Source of the DNA: Marsupella aquatica
Lineage: Eukaryota > Plantae > Marchantiophyta
Assembly (NCBI GenBank): GCA_973895155.1
Contig: OZ316891.1
Coordinates: forward strand, 5,551,708 to 5,615,707
Direction of reading: 5' to 3'
DNA length: 64,000 nucleotides
The notes under the pieces were generated by a model. The model saw nothing but the letters and a program-made list of their open reading frames with translations, was not told the DNA's origin and searched no databases. The position numbers and the translations under genes are program-made. Of this stretch, positions 50,025 to 60,810 are shown one piece after another. Numbering within the stretch: position 1 is the first letter of the stretch; each line of letters starts with the position of its first letter.

Positions 50025-51266
50025 TCACTCATGCAACGAGTGAGTCGTTGTACCACGGGGGCACCTATGGATATTTGCCAGCAATTGAACCTCTTTCTTT
50101 GTGAGAGCAATATCCTTCTCAATCAGAACAATCTCCATCATCGTGTTACATTTCAGCACCTGAGCTGTCTGTTGAGCCACCGCAAGCAATGCAGCATCTC
50201 TTTCGCTTTCAACAGTCTCCAATTTGGTGTTAAACTCAGTCTTCAAGGCCTGGACGGCATTCCGCGCTGCATCAAGCTCACTGTGCAGAATTGCTTGATC
50301 GTTTCTCCATGACAAGCTCTGAGCATCAGCCTGCTGTTTCAGCTCATCTCGTTCTGCCACGAGCTTGAGCTGGTCAGCAACCATAACCTGTACCGCAATC
50401 CGTGCTTCATGGAGCTCACTCTCCAGAACTGCCTTCTCGCTTGTCCAGAGGTTCTGAGCATCTGCTTTGTGTTTCAGTTCATCTCGTTCTGCCGTCAGCT
50501 TCAGCTGATCTGCAAGCATACAACTTTCTTTCCACTTCAGCTCGTTTTGCTCTTCTATTAGCTTAAGCCGATGAGCAAGCATCGACATATTCTTCTGCTT
50601 CAACTCATCTCTCTCTGCTACCAACTCGCGCTGCTCAGCAAGCATAGACGTTTCCTTCTGTCTGAGATCATCTCGTTCTGTTTCCAGCTTCCGTAGGTCA
50701 ATTTGCATCGTACTTACAGTTGCCCGCAACTCTTGGTCTCTTTTCTTACTGGCGTCGAGAGCAATTTTTTGGGCAGAAAGGGTAGATTCTAACTCCTGCA
50801 TTCTAACGACTGTTGCGTCTCGGTCATGTTCCAATGACGTAACTTTTCTCATCTGTTCTTCACAGGCAGTCTCTGCCTCAACCTTCTTTCTCTCCAACTC
50901 TTTCATTTCACGGAAGGCACAACTCATTGCGGACTGGGCGCAACTGATTGCGTCGTTGACATCCTTCCATTCTGACTGGAAGTGAACCGATTCCATCTTC
51001 TTCGTGGGAGATCTGGGCAATTCGTCCGCATTTCTCTCTCTCTCGTTCTCCACTGGGTCACGTGTTTCCTTGCGCTTCGTGGGAAGTTCACATTCCACGG
51101 GCAAGGCTGGATCGGGAGCACTATCAGCCAACGCATCTGCAGCGCGAGAGCCAGAATCCCACCTTGGCAGCCCAACCTTCACGTCTACCCAACCTGAGGT
51201 GCAATGTTGATCGACCTCCGGATCTCTTCTTCTCTTCCTGGATTGCACAATCCCAAGATTGGTCAT
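50025..51266 (-). CDS. Coiled-coil protein with N-terminal NLS-like basic motifs and no RING. Likely ATG 51266
   Basis: About 413-aa ORF with RKRRR and TKRK, extended heptads, and internal 21-aa repeats (ERDELKQK..SMLA). Confidence 0.75.
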   Translation of the reverse strand: MTNLGIVQSRKRRRDPEVDQHCTSGWVDVKVGLPRWDSGSRAADALADSAPDPALPVECELPTKRKETRDPVENERERNADELPRSPTKKMESVHFQSEWKDVNDAISCAQSAMSCAFREMKELERKKVEAETACEEQMRKVTSLEHDRDATVVRMQELESTLSAQKIALDASKKRDQELRATVSTMQIDLRKLETERDDLRQKETSMLAEQRELVAERDELKQKNMSMLAHRLKLIEEQNELKWKESCMLADQLKLTAERDELKHKADAQNLWTSEKAVLESELHEARIAVQVMVADQLKLVAERDELKQQADAQSLSWRNDQAILHSELDAARNAVQALKTEFNTKLETVESERDAALLAVAQQTAQVLKCNTMMEIVLIEKDIALTKKEVQLLANIHRCPRGTTTHSLHE

Positions 51267-54046
51267 GGTTGTGCACTGAATCTGTCTGACCTCGAACACC
51301 TCCCCTTCAGGCGAATTGCGAATGAGAGCTCAACGTCTGCCTCTAAGGGACCAAACTTAAAAACCTTCAGGGACAAGACTGTAGATTGAGAACGAGAGAT
51401 TGAAAGCGTTACTGACTCCAGAGCTTTCAGACTTGGCGATGACTCCAACGGCGTCTGCCTCTGAAGGGACCGACCCCAGACTCCTCTTCCTCCTGATTAG
51501 CCTTGTACTGTAGTACTAAAGAAGACATCGTTGCTCGAACAATGATGGCTGCCGTATGCCGCCCTTTGAAAATTTTGACAAATTCAAGTGTAGAACGACC
51601 CTCTGGACCAAATTCGACAGCCAGGAGTGGAGCAAAGACGCTGGGATACTTATACTAACATTTTCTGTGGTGGCTTGTCTCCTGGGTGTGGGTAGTGCTG
51701 TCCCTTGTCCGTGGCGCAAGGACCGTAGAACTCAACAGACAGCTTTCAATCGCACTTTTGAAAAAGTACCGTCTGGCAATCCTAATCAACCAAGTTACCC
51801 AACGTCAAAGACTGAAGCAGATATCAAATTGAATGGGCCGCGAGACGAACCCTAAAGAACAGGACAGACAAATATAAAGCAAAAACTGTCAGCAAAGTAT
51901 AGATGCTACACTTCGGCGTTCCTCATCTTCAGACAGCTAGAGAACGCTCTCCTATCAGAGGTATTCTTAGAAAGTCACAAACTTCAAGAGAGCATAGATT
52001 GAGCAATCGAATTACAGGTGAACAAGATGAATGAGCAACAGCTCCAACTGATCTAAATAGCAACGACTTTCATCTTGCGATCAACAAATTTGGATTGCAA
52101 TTTCTCCTCATGTAAACCAAGTTAATAATCCCGCTGACCAAAGAGCAATCCAAATGAGAAATCGTACTCCAGATCCTCACTAAGCTTTCGCTAAAACTAC
52201 AGGAATGGTAAACATGCATACGTCTCCAGCCCAACAGGTTGGCGCCAAGATACCGTCGAATTAGGAAAACAAGAGGGATGTTCTCTGGGCGCTGGGAGCC
52301 GTACCAACAGTGGGAGCAATTTGACTGCTATCAACATGAACGCATTCTTGATAGGAGATAGAGAGCACAGTCCAACGCGCGTTGTGTGACCCCTGTCATC
52401 AGAACAAAGGATGAAGACGGTAAGTGACTGGTCCCAGTTGAAGGATCGCAATTCGTAACCTTAAAGTTTTATCTCGGACATACGATCATCCTTCCTTCTT
52501 GTACGAGCAACATTGCGGATAGACGTTGCAGCCTAAATCTCAGGAAAACATCAGCAGGTAGAATATCATTTCAGCAACAGATCTAAATTTCGAGATTCTG
52601 GGACTCTGTTCTGAAGAAGCACACACAAGATCTGCCCGCCATCACCCAGGCGATATTGGTGCCCGGCGACTTCTAGTGCTTCAAAAGATCAACTTGAGAA
52701 CCTGCCGCAGCTGTCAATAACAGATTACATCAAAATCTCCTTCGCACACAAAGGAACAAGTCTCTGAGTCAATTCTGCCGTCAATGACCAGCTCCGCCAA
52801 AGAAACGACTGTACGTTTTAGCAGAGCAGGCCACGTCCCTGCTTGGACTCTCGAACTGACCACAGTCTAGTGCATCGACTTTCCGGCGGAGAATAAGTGA
52901 TAAAGTCATAAGTTCATAAGCGGCAGTGACAGAAATATTATTCGAAAATGCCAGGCGCATTCCAGAACCTAGTATGCCGGTCGGTACTATAGTGCACTGA
53001 TACAGTGCAGACAATCTAAATCTACCTCCCTAGCTACTAGGATGTGGGCGCATGCGTTCTTGGTTTCCACATCTACTCTACTTCATGCTCCGCTCTCGAG
53101 TGTGGGCGCATGGTGCATGCATTCTTGGGTTTCGAAAACTTACTTCACGCTCTGCTCTCGCGTATGGTCGTATGGACGAATATGACCGTACTGTACCTTT
53201 ATTGCGAGGTTCAAATTGAGGAATATCGTTGCTTGAAGTGTTCAACGCGCAAGATTCATTCAGCGGGAGAAGTGAAGAGACGTTGCAGACTTAGTGAGTC
53301 TCAAATCGACACCCAATTTTGAACAGAGTCAATTGTGACTGCTATACAGCTTACGAGTCATGCACGACAGTTTCACCGCTCGAGTTGCGTGCGATTTATC
53401 CCCAGGCAAATACTCCAATTCTGAGTTCGACGCCGGGGTTCGGGCAATTTCAAGCACGAGTCCAGAGAGTTTCCTTTTGAGTCCAGACAATTTCAATACT
53501 GAAGTTGACAAATTAATCTCCACCTTCTCAATTTGAACTTTTGAGTTGTGAGTTCCCGCAATTTTAATTCAATAGAGCTGCGACTGAAAATTAAAAAAGA
53601 TGATCAAAAGAACCCGGCTGACGAATGTCATCACAAACTCGAGGAGTGATGAATCAATATTATCTACATATAAAGTCAACAAGACAGTACGTATGGCCTC
53701 GACTGTCATTCACCAGTGCACATTCGAAGCTCGGTGAGAGCGAGTCTCCTCCCTTATGGGAGAAATCACAATGAGTAAGCCTCCGACTCCGAAACATCGG
53801 AACCTGACAGTCTAAAGACGTTTCAACGAAAACAATCCTGAAGCTGCGGGCCACATGTAAAAGCATTTGTCCGAGTAGTATCCTGAGTTACTATTGCAAC
53901 ATCAAATAGAGCAGGTGCCAAAGACCGGGCCAGTATAATTGTATTAAAAGGTCATCAGCAGTGAAGCAGTATTCTTTTCTGCAGGATTCACCTATCGAAC
54001 TCACAAATGTCGGATCTAGGCGCACAACTATTGCTGGTCAGCCAAC

Positions 54047-54784
54047 TTAAAGTACAGACTTAATAGTTGTCTGGCAAGTGAGACAACGTTTTTTTCGCTT
54101 TAGCTGCCTCTCCCAGCAAGAGATGCAAAAACTCAAATGCAGACATGGAAAACTAAGAGCATTTTTGGGTGATCTCATACAAAGCTTGCACAAGGTCCTA
54201 TTTCTGTCCTCAACGACGTCCCTCTGCATCGCTAGATGATCACGTCTCAGACGTTCTGTCTCATCTCTCAAGGACTGGAGATCAGTCACCATTCTGTTCT
54301 TCTCAACTCTTCTGGAATTGTTTACCGTTACTGCTTGTTCCAACTTTCTCTTGCACTCAACTTGTTCGTCACGCATGAGACTGACCTCGCTTTCAAGCGA
54401 CTCCTTTTGGCTGCTAAGATCAGTAATCGTCGCCTCCAATTTAAGCTTCTCATTTCGGCCGCGGTGCAGCTGTCTTCTTAGCTCATTTCGAGCAGAAAAG
54501 TAGAATTTCCTTTCCGTGTGAAACTCTGCTCTCAGTATCATTTTCTCGTCCTGGATCGCAGTATCGATATCATGCCTCTTGCTCGTTACCGTCTGAACGA
54601 GTGCTTTGACATCACATAATAAATCCTGTAGAGCGGACAAACCATTCAACACTGAATCGACCTGCTGGCAGTCTGTTATATCCTTCAATGGTGCTTCGGC
54701 CTCGGTCGGTGTTTCCCCAGCAATGTCCTCCAGCTTGATATCAGTCTTGAGCTTGCGTGTGTCTGCTTGCGCCTCACCCTCCAT
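54047..54784 (-). CDS. Coiled-coil + C-terminal RING-HC E3 ligase, 245 aa, intronless CDS
   Basis: Heptads, then CKLCMRSPKNALSFPCLHLSFCISC-x10-CLTC. Splice acceptor tgtag| lies 6 nt before the ATG. Confidence 0.85.
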   Translation of the reverse strand: MEGEAQADTRKLKTDIKLEDIAGETPTEAEAPLKDITDCQQVDSVLNGLSALQDLLCDVKALVQTVTSKRHDIDTAIQDEKMILRAEFHTERKFYFSARNELRRQLHRGRNEKLKLEATITDLSSQKESLESEVSLMRDEQVECKRKLEQAVTVNNSRRVEKNRMVTDLQSLRDETERLRRDHLAMQRDVVEDRNRTLCKLCMRSPKNALSFPCLHLSFCISCWERQLKRKKRCLTCQTTIKSVL

Positions 54785-55013
54785 GAAATCCTACAGCAGA
54801 TAAATAGCAGAGGAGCCCATAAGCTTGACTGCTCTCGACTCTGAGCTCCTGCTCTCCACGATTCAGTCAATGATGGGCCTCTTTCTCATTCTCGCTGGGC
54901 CGAGAGTGTAGAGATCCAGAACGCCAGTTACTCAAAGTGATCTTCCATGAAATAGCTTCGTTAGGGCTTCAACGAATCGGATTTGGATAAAATGGATGAG
55001 TGGATTGAACTTT

Positions 55014-58000
55014 TATGATCAGGAGTATCAAAACGAGGTAAAGTGCACACAGAAGTACGTGAAGAGAATACACGTGAGGAACTCAATGCTGTGAGAATTG
55101 GAGACAGAAAATAGTAAACATCGAGTCCATGAGTTCCAGTGAATAAGCTTCGAATACTCTATTGAATATTGAACTCTGAGTACCCCGAGAATCAAACCAG
55201 ACATAAGTACTTCAACCAAGAGCATTACTCGCCCGGGGAGAAAAGCTAGTTTGAATTCTTAACAGGATAAACATGAGGATCGAGCATCCACTAGACAGGA
55301 GCGGGGAGAGCAGAGCACAACACGTGTTGAGTCCCCGCTGTCAAAACACCCCGCGTCCTTTTACATGTAAGGACAGTAAGCGGTGCAGGAAAATTCACAA
55401 AACTACAGAAAGAACGTCGAGACAAAGAACAGTAAAGGGAGAAAATCCCTTTCACACACCCCCCGGATCGACGATCTTCTGTGTGTTTGGTGCAGAAGGA
55501 AACAAAACCAGACCAAGGAGTTCAATGAATCGTTGGAAACGTATTCCAGCAAGCGGTTTCGTTAAACCATCAGCTGGCATAATTTCAGTAGACAAATATT
55601 TGATCTGCACATGCCCTTGGCGAACCTGTTCACGTACATAATGCCATTGGATTTCAATGTGTTTGGTCCGAGTGTGATGCTCAGGATTGATGGTTAATGC
55701 AATTGCTGGTTTATTGTCACCATAGATCACAACCGTCGTAATGTCTGAAGTGCAGAGATCGAGCTGTTGTAGAAGCTGCCGCAACCAGATAGCTTCCTTG
55801 CAAGCAATTGAGTAGGCGACGTATTCAGCCTCCGTACTGCTGGTGGTGATGATTGGCTGCTTCCGAGATTTCCAGCTGATGGCACCGCCTGCTAATTTGA
55901 AGAGATAACCAGATGTAGACTTTCGATCCACACTGTTATCAGCGAAAGATGCATCACAATAGCCCTGAAAATTCATTGAATGAATTTCAATGCCAGGAGA
56001 AGAAACAGCTTCATATTTGAGGCCAAGATTAACAGTGCCTCGAAGATAACCAAGAATGTGCCTGACACAACTCTGATGTTTGGAGGCCGGATTATGAGCA
56101 AACTGGCCAAGTCGAGAACAACGCTCAGAAAGATCAGGTCTCGTCCATACTGCAAGGTACATGAGAGAGCCAATCATGGCTTGATACAACTGCTTCTGAT
56201 CATGTGTAGCAGGGATTTCACTTGGGAGCAGGCGATCAGTGCCGCTAGAAGGAGCAGACAAAGGAAGAGCCGACTCCATATGAAAACGAGAAAGAACCTT
56301 AAGAGCATATTTCTGTTGGGCAAGGTAAAGGACACCTTGGCTACGATCACGATAGATGGCAAGCCCTAAATACTCAGTCAGATCTCCGAGCTCATGAACC
56401 TCATACTTGGAGGAGAGGATGGACTTCATAGACGCACTGCCGCTAAGAGTTTTTGAAACGGTAATAATATCATCCACCCATAAGACAATAAGATCGCCAT
56501 CAGAATTCTTAAGAACACAAGGATCTGAGGGTAAAGGAAAGAAGCCCTGCAAAGCTAAGTATGCGGTGATTTCGATGTACCAAAGGCGTGGAGACTGGCG
56601 CAAGCCATACAAAGCTCGTAAAAGCAGCCAAACAAGAAGCTGGCCAAGATGATCGTAGGTTTCGTAGCCAGGAGGTGGTCGAACATAGATTGGAGCTTGA
56701 CCAGCCATTAGAGCATTCAAAAAAGCCGTAACAATATCATAACACTTAGCCTCAAGATTTAATGCAGCAACATTAGCCATGATAGCACGGAAAGTCTCAG
56801 GACGGACCACTGATGCAAAAGTATCCCCGTAATCCTCCCCTGGTCGTTGTTTATCGCCACGAGCTACGAAACGTGCCTTGTAGATGCCCGCTGCTTTCTG
56901 TGTGTACACCCATTTTGATGGGAGAAGACGTGCACCAACAGGTAAAGGGATTAAACGTGCAACATTCAACTTCGTAAGTTGATTAAACTCTCTCTTCTCT
57001 GCAGCTTGCCATAAATCAGCATCCGGCCTAGACATGGCCTCCTTGTGTGTCTTAGGCACCTCAGAGGAGGCTGAAAATAGTGCGGCTGAATAAGAATAAA
57101 GCAGCGTGGATGGAATGCGTGTCAGCAAAGAAGTAGAAAATCGAGGCGGAGGGATTCCCCGCGTAGATCGCTCAGAACGTCGAGGAGCTGAAGGTATATT
57201 AGATATTGCAGCTGTGAGGTCTGCTGTCAATTCTTGTGGCGAGATTGCACCCAAAGGGGGAAAGATAGAAGGAATTAAATTGTTATTGTCAAAACATTCC
57301 ACAAAGTCGAGAGTATTGGCCGTAGATGAAGGGCCGGATTGTGACTGGCCATCAATGAGAGATGGAACAAATGGAGTGCTCGGCAGAATAGAACCCGCAA
57401 TTGCAAGTGGAGGAATAAGAGAAGTAATATCATATGGGACGTCGAGATGAATGAAACTTGAATCAGAAGATGTACTCGCCTCTAATGGAGAGGTGGTGCG
57501 TGGCGTTTCATCAATGGAAACGTATGCAGACACCGCAAACTCATTTGTATCCGGAAACCATATACGGTAATTCAAGCCATCACCGTATCCAACCAAGTAT
57601 CCCTTCTTAGCTCGAGCAGCAAACTTCTCACCACGAGGTCGAGTCTCTGGGGGTACATGAACGTAAGCAAGTGCTCCAAAGACGCGTAGATGAGAAATAT
57701 TTGAATTGAACTGGCGATGAAATGGTTCATTCAAGGCAGCAACTGGGGATAAAGAAAGCGTGTTTGCAGTTGTCGGCAAACGATTGGTCACGTACACTGC
57801 AGCATTAATAGCCTCTGGCCAGAGTCGGGGTGGAAGATGAGAGTCAAGCATCGCACGAGCCCGCTCTGTAATGACACCATTAGATCGTTCAGCAATACCA
57901 TTATGAGTATGGTGGTATGGAGCCGAATGGGTCATGGTACACCCTTGGGTTGATAAGAAAGTCAGAAACTGCTGACTGCCAAACTCAGTGCCATTGTCGC

Positions 58001-60223
58001 AATGAAGAGATGCAATGATGGTGGCATAGTGAGTTTGAATGGCCGTAAAAAATTGTTGGACAATAGGGACAGCTTGACTCTTACTCTGAATAGAGTAGAC
58101 CCAACGAAAACGTGAGTGATCATCAGTAAGAAGAAGAAAATACTTCTGATTTCGAATGCCAATAGTAGCGATGGGACCACACAGGTCAAGATGGATTTTC
58201 TGAAAAGGAGCAGAAGCCCGAGTGTGAGTTTCGCGAGAAATCACACGAGAAGATTTGGCCAAAGCGCATACTTCACAGGATGGCAAAGTGTGAGAACCAG
58301 AAAGCGTAATGTGTTCCTGTTGGATGATTTTCTGGAGGCCATCAGAATGAAGATGTGCAAATCTTCGATGAAGGAGAGGTAGAGTAACTGTTTGGGCGTA
58401 AAAATGGCTCTTATCAGGGACACAAGAAGATGTAGATTGAATCGTCAAGACCTTAAGACCATCAAGCCATTTTGCGGTGGCAAATTCGTGACCAGTAACC
58501 TGTATGATAAAGCGGGACTCCCAACCATGCCAATAGACTCCCTTCTTTTCAAGAAGATGCTCTGAGATAGTATTCAATTCGCTGCTAGGCATGTATCGAA
58601 CATTGTGTAAACGAATATGTCGAAAGGACTGGTCAGTGCATCGTAATGAGAGATCAACAATGCCATATCCAGGAGAAATGATTTGACCAGCACCCGTATT
58701 GATGGAAAGCGGATCGGCAGTGTAGTCATGAAAAAGCTTCTGGTTATTACAAAAGTGATGATTGGCGCCTGAATCTGCAATCCATGTGCCCGTATCAACT
58801 GCTTGAAGCTCTGTCAATTGTGCCGAATGAGAGCACTGCACAAAATTAAAGAGATCAAGATCTGGAGAAGAGTCGTGTACAGGAGCAGAAGAAGGAGAAG
58901 CCTGAACATTATTGGTACCCTGAAGACGCTGTTGAATGCGCTCCATAACAAGTGTAAATGTTTGTAGTAGCAGGTCTCCTCCTTGTGACGAGGTAAACGG
59001 CAATACTTGCAAATTTCCTTGGAGAGCGACGTCGAAGGAGGCCGGGGATTGGACGTTGTCATATTGAGCTGCATCGGAGTGGGAGCAATCATAGCCAGAT
59101 GATATTCGTCCTTGGCTTCTTGTAACAAAGAATCAAGAGATGGAGAAGCGGTTGGATTGCGCCGAAGGTGATCTCGGACATTGGCTGTCCAATGCTCATA
59201 ATGCTTATCCAAACTGTGTATGAATTGCATGGTTTGGACAGCAGAATCAACAACAATTCCAACGGCAGCACACCGATCAAGAGCATCTCGGTATTTTGTA
59301 GTAAAAATCTCCATATCTTCACCACGGTATTGAAGTTTGACGAAAGTCACCCAAGTGTTGTGCTTCTGAATGATGCCTTGAGGCTGGTATGTCTGCTTCA
59401 ACTTATCCCAGCAAGCGGCCGCAGTGAGCACAGATGCTAGCGTACTTTGAATGTGTGGTTTGCACGTAGAGAGAATAATCATACAAGCATGTGCAGCTTG
59501 AGCATTCATTGTAAGATTCTAAACGAGCTTGAAACTGATAGGCCTTCTCGTCCACTTCTTGTACCGGAGGAACTGCAGTACCATCAACAAATTTCCACCC
59601 GCCTGAAGATGCAAGACTAGAGGAGACAAGTAAATTCCACTGCTCATAGTTCGAGCCTCCTTCAAGTTTAGGCAACAGATGACTAGAATCGCGATATGTG
59701 AATGCCATGAGAAACCTCAAAAGAAGGAAGCCGGGAGAGGTAAAATGATGAGAGTATTGATCAAATAAAGGCCCGTAACCTATGATCAGGAGTATCAAAA
59801 CGAGGTAAAGTGCACACGGAAGTACGTGAAGAGAATACACGTGAGGAACTCAATGCTGTGAGAATTGGAGACAGAAAATAGTAAACATCGAGTCCATGAG
59901 TTCCAGTGAATAAGCTTCGAATCCTCTATTGAATATTGAACTCTGAGTACCCCGAGAATCAAACCAGACATAAGTACTTCAACCAAGAGCATTACTCGCC
60001 CGGGGAGAAAAGCTAGTTTGAATTCTTAACAGGATAAACATGAGGATCGAGCATCCACTAGACAGGAGTGGGGAGAGCAGAGCACAACACGTGTTGAGTC
60101 CCCGCTGTCAAAACACCCCGCGTCCTTTTACATGTAAGGACAGTAAGCGGTGCAGGAAAATTCACAAAACTACAGAAAGAACGTCGAGACAAAGAACAGT
60201 AAAGGGAGAAAATCCCTTTCACA
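55014..60223 (-). mobile_element. Full-length Ty1/copia LTR retrotransposon (5210 bp)
   Basis: 443-bp LTRs at 55014-55456 and 59781-60223 with 3 mismatches seen. TSD ACTTT (55009-55013, 60224-60228), PBS GGTTACGGGCC abutting the 5' LTR, PPT GGGGGGTG, and domain order gag-PR-IN-RT-RH. Confidence 0.97.
55452..59708 (-). pseudogene. Copia gag-pol polyprotein with two frameshifts (about 59510 and about 58945)
   Basis: Gag (LEGGSNYEQW, CKYC-x4-H-x4-C knuckle), PR (WIADSGA), IN (HRRFAH...CEVC, HLDLCGP, HCDNGTEF, NGIAER), RT (KARFVARG, LYGLRQSP, WVDD) and RNase H (GYCDASF, TEAEY, ADGLTK) are split over three ORFs. Confidence 0.9.
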
Positions 60224-60699
60224 ACTTTGCTCTCGAGATTGCAAAAGAAAGGTTTGGACGCAGAGGAATTTCTCCCTTGGGCTGTATGCTCTGGGTAACG
60301 AATAAACTTGTGGAGAGAACAGAGAAGTGCACCATTAGCGAAGCCAGTGTTGATATTTCAATTTATATAAGAGTTCTCAAGGCCGTTGGCCACTCGGTAT
60401 TGTAATTAGCACCCTTTTGGTGACCTTTGTTTGGCTAATAAAACAAGATTTGAAGGTTCATAGTTTTCCGCAGCCTTGTATTAATATGCTGCACATACAA
60501 CACGAGCCCGTTCGCGAATACAACACATATAACCCACAAGGATCGAGTTGATGGTGCTCTTTCTGAAACTGGCGCAAGGTGTAAGGGCCACATTCTGAAG
60601 GATCTTTGACATGCGAGTTGGCCCTAAAGCTGCTCTGGAAAATGCTTAGTAGAAAGCACACTCAGGTTGGCTTTAGGAGACTCTAGTATAAGTGTAAAC

Positions 60700-60810
60700 T
60701 CAAGGGTTTTCCTTTCCTTTTTCCCCTCAAAAAATCCAAATGAATTCCATTTGGCTATTCAAATGGAATTGATTTGATTCTTTGGTGGGAAAAAAAAGGA
60801 AAACCCTTGA
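60700..60810. repeat. About 111-bp near-perfect inverted repeat (hairpin)
   Basis: tcaagggttttccttt...aaatccaaatgaattccatttg-gctatt-caaatggaattgatttgatt...aaaggaaaacccttga. Confidence 0.85.

Noticed and set aside
55028-55641. ORFs duplicated at 59795-60405
   Set aside because: They lie within the two LTR copies and are not independent genes.
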